Below, in pieces: positions 60,601 to 64,000 of a stretch of 64,000 nt of DNA; positions within the stretch are counted from its first letter, which is position 1, and each line of letters opens with the position of its first letter. A model generated the notes under the pieces. That model worked only from the letters and a program-made list of their open reading frames with translations. It was not told where the DNA came from and ran no database searches. A program made the translations under genes and the position numbers. Origin of the DNA: Phoronis australis (Eukaryota; Animalia; Phoronida); NCBI GenBank assembly GCA_002633005.1, contig NMRA01000371.1, positions 174,159 to 238,158 on the forward strand. Reading direction: 5' to 3'.

Positions 60601-61752
60601 AAACATTGCGTGTAAATTTAATGTTGACCGGATTAGAAATGTGACCTGTAGCATGAGCACAAACTCACATTATAGAAATGTGACCTGTAGCATGAGCACA
60701 AACTCACATTATAGAAATGTGATCTATAGCATGAGCACAAACTCACATTATAGAAATGTGACCTGTAGCATGAGCACAAACTCACATTATAGAAATGTGA
60801 CCTGTAGCATGAGCACAAACTCACATTATAACAATGCAACACACTTGGCGTTTGCCATGTAACAACATTCACTTTTTTCTATGATACTAATATATATAGT
60901 CAGATACTTTTACATCAGATGTCCAACTTCAACAACTGACTAACAAGAACCGACGAGATAATTTGACTTCTGGGAACACGACGCTGCTGTCTTCGTTATC
61001 GAATGTTTATTGCATGAACAACAGAAGACCTACCATCATTCTCAGCCAGACCGCCAGCAAGTACTTTCTTCACAAATATACCGTAGTCTTTGTCACCATC
61101 CTCACTTAGACCACCAATGACCTTGATCCCTGTAACACAGTGATTCAGAACTCAGGACTACCCTGCTGCTAACCTCTACCACAAACCTTAATAAATGTGA
61201 CTTTGAAGAACTCAGGGCTTGCAATGACCCATGACAAAAAAGAGGAACATTTTCCAGGTGATGCATTGTTCTACAAATTATTTTAAATATTTTTTGTGTT
61301 GTAAATTTAACTGCAAGAAACTTTTTTTGCATGGATAAGGTCAAAATAATGATAAAAAAGATGAAAAAAGAGGAAAATGGAAATCAAATAAGAGGAAATT
61401 GAAACCAAAAAAGAGGAAATCCTCTTAAAAGAGGAAAATTCCAAGACCTGAGAATTGGCAATGAAAAAAAATCAAGATTAACAACTTTTAGAGCCAGGTC
61501 CATGTCTTCAACTCTTTGCCTTTATCTGTTAGCAGGTCAAATAAAAATGGACTTTAATGAAACAAAATGTTCAAGAATGGAAGTATTTGCCATTACTTTA
61601 AAACAAGTTTTCTTCCGCTAAAATTAGTAGCATTTATTAAAAGTTGTGAAACAATAAGGTTTACGATGTAAAAACAGCACATACCCAGACCATTTCCACA
61701 GTTGGTAAATACTACAGTTTCTGTTGGCCTATTTTCAAACTTGTTGACTGGA
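36563..61752 (-). CDS. STXBP4: Syntaxin-binding protein 4 (Synip): PDZ, coiled coil, WW; 18 exons found (~622 aa), start codon not located
   Basis: Exons 61752-61685, 61129-61034, 59286-59217, 58321-58247, 57108-57008, 54678-54581, 53606-53438, 47705-47533, 45933-45837, 44389-44262, 44039-43926, 43172-43107, 42543-42379, 42006-41893, 40784-40741, 40425-40283, 39513-39456 and 36653-36563 are all phase-compatible. Motifs GLGIKVIGG, KLSLDPHVRLKVEKLE, ALKYLGI, LRSKVHLAE..MEQDYEEVI, LACQLRKAE, LPFGWDEAYTEDGMKYYTNHVTQQTQWTHP match recalled STXBP4. Confidence 0.93.
37695..37815 (-). repeat. Second copy of the dispersed repeat at 5100-5240
   Basis: Reverse-complement similarity over ~120 bp. Confidence 0.75.
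38030..38167 (-). mobile_element. Truncated THAP zinc-finger coding fragment (transposon-associated remnant)
   Basis: MPERYYCCAVGCNANS...VTFHPFP...KRW matches the THAP N-terminal half (C-x-x-x-x-C, F..FP, W); the distal CSxHF is absent. Confidence 0.65.
39456..39513 (-). CDS. STXBP4: STXBP4 exon (WW domain, first half)
   Basis: PLPFGWDEAYTEDGMKYYT; donor gtaagg. Confidence 0.92.
39828..39958. repeat. 11-bp minisatellite (GTGCACAGTTG)
   Basis: About 12 degenerate tandem copies. Confidence 0.92.
39988..40240. mobile_element. MITE-like element; related end sequences at ~8658-8700, ~51600-51660 and ~58740-58785
   Basis: ACTTAGGACAGAAATTTGGTC mirrored by GACCAAATTTCTTAAGT; GTTTCA..AAAAGT.GACTTAAGA...CAGA motif recurs at the other sites. 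Confidence 0.55.
40283..40425 (-). CDS. STXBP4: STXBP4 exon
   Basis: SDTTRGESSHGNKPPGYLGKHKKLTPQNLASEARDVVKSVKSLIEVE; donor gtgagt. Confidence 0.9.
40741..40784 (-). CDS. STXBP4: STXBP4 exon
   Basis: IVHATLTGQGNSVY(R); phase 0 to 2, needed to join the neighbouring exons. Confidence 0.82.
41893..42006 (-). CDS. STXBP4: STXBP4 exon
   Basis: ENPLVQKRLAVLACQLRKAEVSKKTYEVSTEKLLQFAE. Confidence 0.92.
42379..42543 (-). CDS. STXBP4: STXBP4 exon (coiled coil)
   Basis: EAQGAITESRSLRSKVHLAEQAQHAARNMEQDYEEVIGLLENEIAELKAQQNKEM; donor gtaagt. Confidence 0.92.
43107..43172 (-). CDS. STXBP4: STXBP4 exon (coiled coil)
   Basis: GLLKEKEQSCKIAEEELLRIRK. Confidence 0.87.
43926..44039 (-). CDS. STXBP4: STXBP4 exon (coiled coil start)
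   Basis: LSSIPD...DYDQVKQERDKLRKEVDRLK. Confidence 0.85.
44262..44389 (-). CDS. STXBP4: STXBP4 exon
   Basis: EFVRAAREIFRFELEDRNISNSTMYFAANDITDFTEPPPFKPE. Confidence 0.88.
45837..45933 (-). CDS. STXBP4: STXBP4 exon (EF-hand-like region)
   Basis: ALKYLGIVPTAEQQYELRRRLPVDETGHVNYG. Confidence 0.9.
47120..47480. mobile_element. Palindromic MITE-like element
   Basis: AAAATTGCCGCATTTGTATTTTTC mirrors GAAAAATAAAAATGTGACAATTTT; TTTTTCTGAAAA...ATTGAGAAATT mirrors AATTTCTCAAT...TTTTCAGAAAAA. Confidence 0.6.
47533..47705 (-). CDS. STXBP4: STXBP4 exon
   Basis: GPNNKPVPP...RKLSLDPHVRLKVEKLEV; donor gtaaga. Confidence 0.9.
51066..51236. repeat. 13-bp minisatellite (CATGGAATGTGGC), ~13 copies
   Basis: Tandem copies. 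Confidence 0.95.
52367..52613. mobile_element. ~245-bp MITE-like element
   Basis: Left TCAGGACCCCATTTAATCAAAGGTCGAACAATTG; right, reverse-complemented, TCAGGACCTGTTTCATTAAAAGTTCAATTG. Confidence 0.55.
52647..52955. repeat. Degenerate ~47-bp tandem repeat
   Basis: AAAATGACGACAACTCTATATATGCAACTGAATGACCTGG-like units, ~6 copies. Confidence 0.8.
53215..53379. repeat. 32-bp minisatellite (GAAAAGTGTTGTCTACAGATGATTGGTTGCAT), 5 copies
   Basis: Perfect tandem copies. Confidence 0.95.
53438..53606 (-). CDS. STXBP4: STXBP4 linker exon
   Basis: TSRTSNTLRFGHEG...TFSSTPQTNQA; phase 0 to 1. Confidence 0.78.
54581..54678 (-). CDS. STXBP4: STXBP4 linker exon
   Basis: GKHSWPGEENRMTPLSTQSNSPTSTGDAQRLTQ; phase 1 to 0; donor gtgagt. 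Confidence 0.78.
55822..56060. repeat. 48-bp minisatellite, 5 copies
   Basis: CTCAAGGCTTGCGAATGGTCACACCCTTAAATCATGATTATCTATGC-type units. Confidence 0.95.
57008..57108 (-). CDS. STXBP4: STXBP4 linker exon
   Basis: DDYHELMESEGSYSYYSGSETGSLVSSRLSASF; phase 2 to 1; donor gtaagt. Confidence 0.8.
57873..58165. repeat. 39-bp minisatellite (TTGCTGCGTCAGGACTACTAAGACTCAGAACTACCAGTA), ~7.5 copies
   Basis: Tandem copies. Confidence 0.95.
58247..58321 (-). CDS. STXBP4: STXBP4 exon (PDZ end)
   Basis: AVTVLRNGSASNRVIMVVTRDGKA; donor gtaagt. Confidence 0.88.
59217..59286 (-). CDS. STXBP4: STXBP4 exon (PDZ)
   Basis: GRLCEGDQILEVNGDSLEHVTNE; donor gtgagg. Confidence 0.9.
60634..60830. repeat. 39-bp minisatellite (TAGAAATGTGACCTGTAGCATGAGCACAAACTCACATTA), 5 copies
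   Basis: Tandem copies. Confidence 0.95.
61034..61129 (-). CDS. STXBP4: STXBP4 exon (PDZ)
   Basis: IKVIGGLSEDGDKDYGIFVKKVLAGGLAEND; ag/gt flanks. Confidence 0.9.
61685..61752 (-). CDS. STXBP4: STXBP4 exon (PDZ start)
   Basis: tttcag|T CCA ... CTG G|gtatgt; PVNKFENRPTETVVFTNCGNGL(G). Confidence 0.8.
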
Positions 61753-62569
61753 CTGAAAATATACAACATTTAATTTCATGAAGACAACATCAGCAAATAG
61801 GTTACGTATGAGTTTTCACAAATTGCTGTCCTGTTGTATAACCTCGCATAATGTTTTATAGACCGCATGTGGATAACCAGCACGAGGTTTCACAAACCTC
61901 AAAAGAATTCCCAATGGACAGTAAGACACTGGCATGATACCAAGGGAAGTAAGACAAAAATCTACCTCGCTTCTTATCTTGCAACAAGGTCCATTATTTG
62001 AGCCTTGGTCCGTGTGGCTTTGACAAATCAAATAAAAACTGAATCAAGCTATTAAATATTCGGTCTGTTACGGCTTCACCTGGTAAAGATTGTGAATGCC
62101 TCAACGAAGTGTTTCATGTGACCTTGATAAATGTTTCCAGTTCACCAGGTGCACAGCATCAGCGCATCATGTCAAAATTATCCGAGAGGCCTGACCCATA
62201 TACTCTGGCCGATCAACAGAGTCAGGGAGGGCACAAGCAAAGCAAAAAAAAAAACAGTAAAAAACACAGAGTGGTACTCTGTTGTGTATTTTGATAACCC
62301 ATAGCACTGTCTACCTGTTGTTATACACGTTGCTAGGAGACTCTGTAACTACCATAGTAGATGACATGGTCCAAATGTGGTACTACAAACCTGCAATAAA
62401 ATCATAACCTGATAACGAAATTGTATAATTTCACAATATCTGTAGCACATAAGATTATACAAGAGCTTGTGCTCCTACAGGTGTGTGTACTTATTCAAGA
62501 GCGAGTGTACAAGAAGATTTTGAGAGAGCTCGAATCTGAAGAAGCTAGTGTTTAAATGGAAATTTGTCA

Positions 62570-62607
62570 ACACACACGCACACACACACATGCACACACA
62601 CACACAC

Positions 62608-62640
<33 letters not shown>
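62570..62640. repeat. (CA)n microsatellite
   Basis: Interrupted CA run. Confidence 0.95.
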
Positions 62641-64000
62641 TTTTAATTACTTTATTCAGGACATAATATCCACTTTTTTCTCACACAGGTCGAGTGAAGT
62701 ATTTAAACCAAAGAACATTTAGCCTATAGATTTGCTAAACCATATACTTATTTCTGCAATTTATTTTGAACTCATAATCAACTGCTTTTTACACAAGAAA
62801 TCTTTACTTACATAATACGTACTGGCACAACTTTTCTTTATCAGATCAGTTTCATTCATAGTAGCTAATACAAATTCAAATATAAATTCAGGGCAAAGAC
62901 AAAACTACATTTTTTGTATAATGTACCTTATAAGATTGTATGTCAACATTTCAAACCCTTTATGCGTATCACATAATCAGAATTCAAAACATTGGTATAG
63001 ATGGATTAAAAGCTGTTACAAAACATAATTGCAAGCAAAAATGAAAGTGGATGCTCATTTTTAGCGCATTGATAGATTACAGCCTATTCCACTGGCATAC
63101 TGTGCACAACTAATCATAGCCAGATGCAGAGTGGCCCAAACCTCCTTCGGACATTTGTGTTTGACTTTCAGTCCACTATCAGTAAATGGAGTTCAGCCTT
63201 AAACTTTGTTAATGAAATGAAGGATTATTTGGAAAAAATGCATATTACCAAAATATTTGTTGAGTTACAAAGATTTAATCTACGTACTCTAAACGTTTTC
63301 TATATTCGAAAGGTATTTATAGTGACATGACTTCTCGTATACATGGCATAATAAGATGTTACAGTCAAGCGACCAGTTTCAATACGTTTTCCATATTTCG
63401 TTGAAACTGCTATGAGTTGTTTGTAAATTCTTTTCTTAAACAAAGACTTCACTTTTGGGAATTTTTCAATTACTAAATCTTGTAACTGGAAGCCATATTT
63501 ATGTTCTGACTGATCTTTAAAGAATGTAACGTCAAAACTCTCAGAGAACCTAAAAATCGCACACCATGTTGCTGCCTACGCCACATCGAGGTACATTGTC
63601 GCCTAATTGCAGCATGTGTATGTTGACATATTTGCAGCTACAATTAACATAAATCAGTATGTTATCTAATAAAATGTAATTTGATGAAAGCACAGCATTT
63701 TTTTCAATGAATCGCTGCAGACGACATGTAATGTAAAGTGTGCTCTTGGCAGAGTGCATGGATGAACGCTGCCGCCTGCCGGCTAAGTGAATTTACTCTA
63801 AACAAACATTGGTAGATTGCCAGTTCATTCAGATGTTATCATTATGGAGATAGATTTTAGGTTCTCCTTTTACAATCGTTTTATGCGATCATCCACTCTC
63901 TTTAGACTAACTTGGGGGCCTAAATTGCACTCTTTCAAAACGAAGCAATGCTATAAAATGAAATGGTACCGAACATTGAACGTAGTGCAATAGAACTGAA

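Noticed and set aside
61753-64000. Search for the first coding exon of STXBP4
   Set aside because: No exon with an ATG and a phase-2 donor could be supported; it may lie beyond the window.

Overview
AT-rich, intron-rich genomic DNA from a non-vertebrate animal. It is a scaffold with N gaps, and the species cannot be determined from the sequence. I assembled four spliced genes by hand from GT-AG sites and translation: (1) the 3' part of ZRSR2 (+, 1036-4613); (2) a complete AP-1 sigma subunit gene (AP1S1/2/3 family, -, 21744 down to 8410); (3) a complete DHRS12 (+, 22427-32327), head-to-head with AP1S across a ~0.7 kb promoter region; (4) a 5'-partial STXBP4/Synip (-, 61752 down to 36563; PDZ, coiled-coil, WW). 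Introns carry many minisatellites, MITE-like inverted-repeat elements, tRNA-derived fragments and a truncated THAP domain. The most notable signal is in the last AP1S intron. It holds two alternative terminal exons ([14 protein letters not shown] and [17 protein letters not shown]) and a candidate 12-nt microexon with UGC and UGCAUG motifs, in the intron where vertebrate AP1S2 has its neural microexon. The tail-to-tail ZRSR2-AP1S arrangement also matches human Xp22. Most ORFs in the supplied track are spurious. All homology calls come from recalled family sequences, not database searches.
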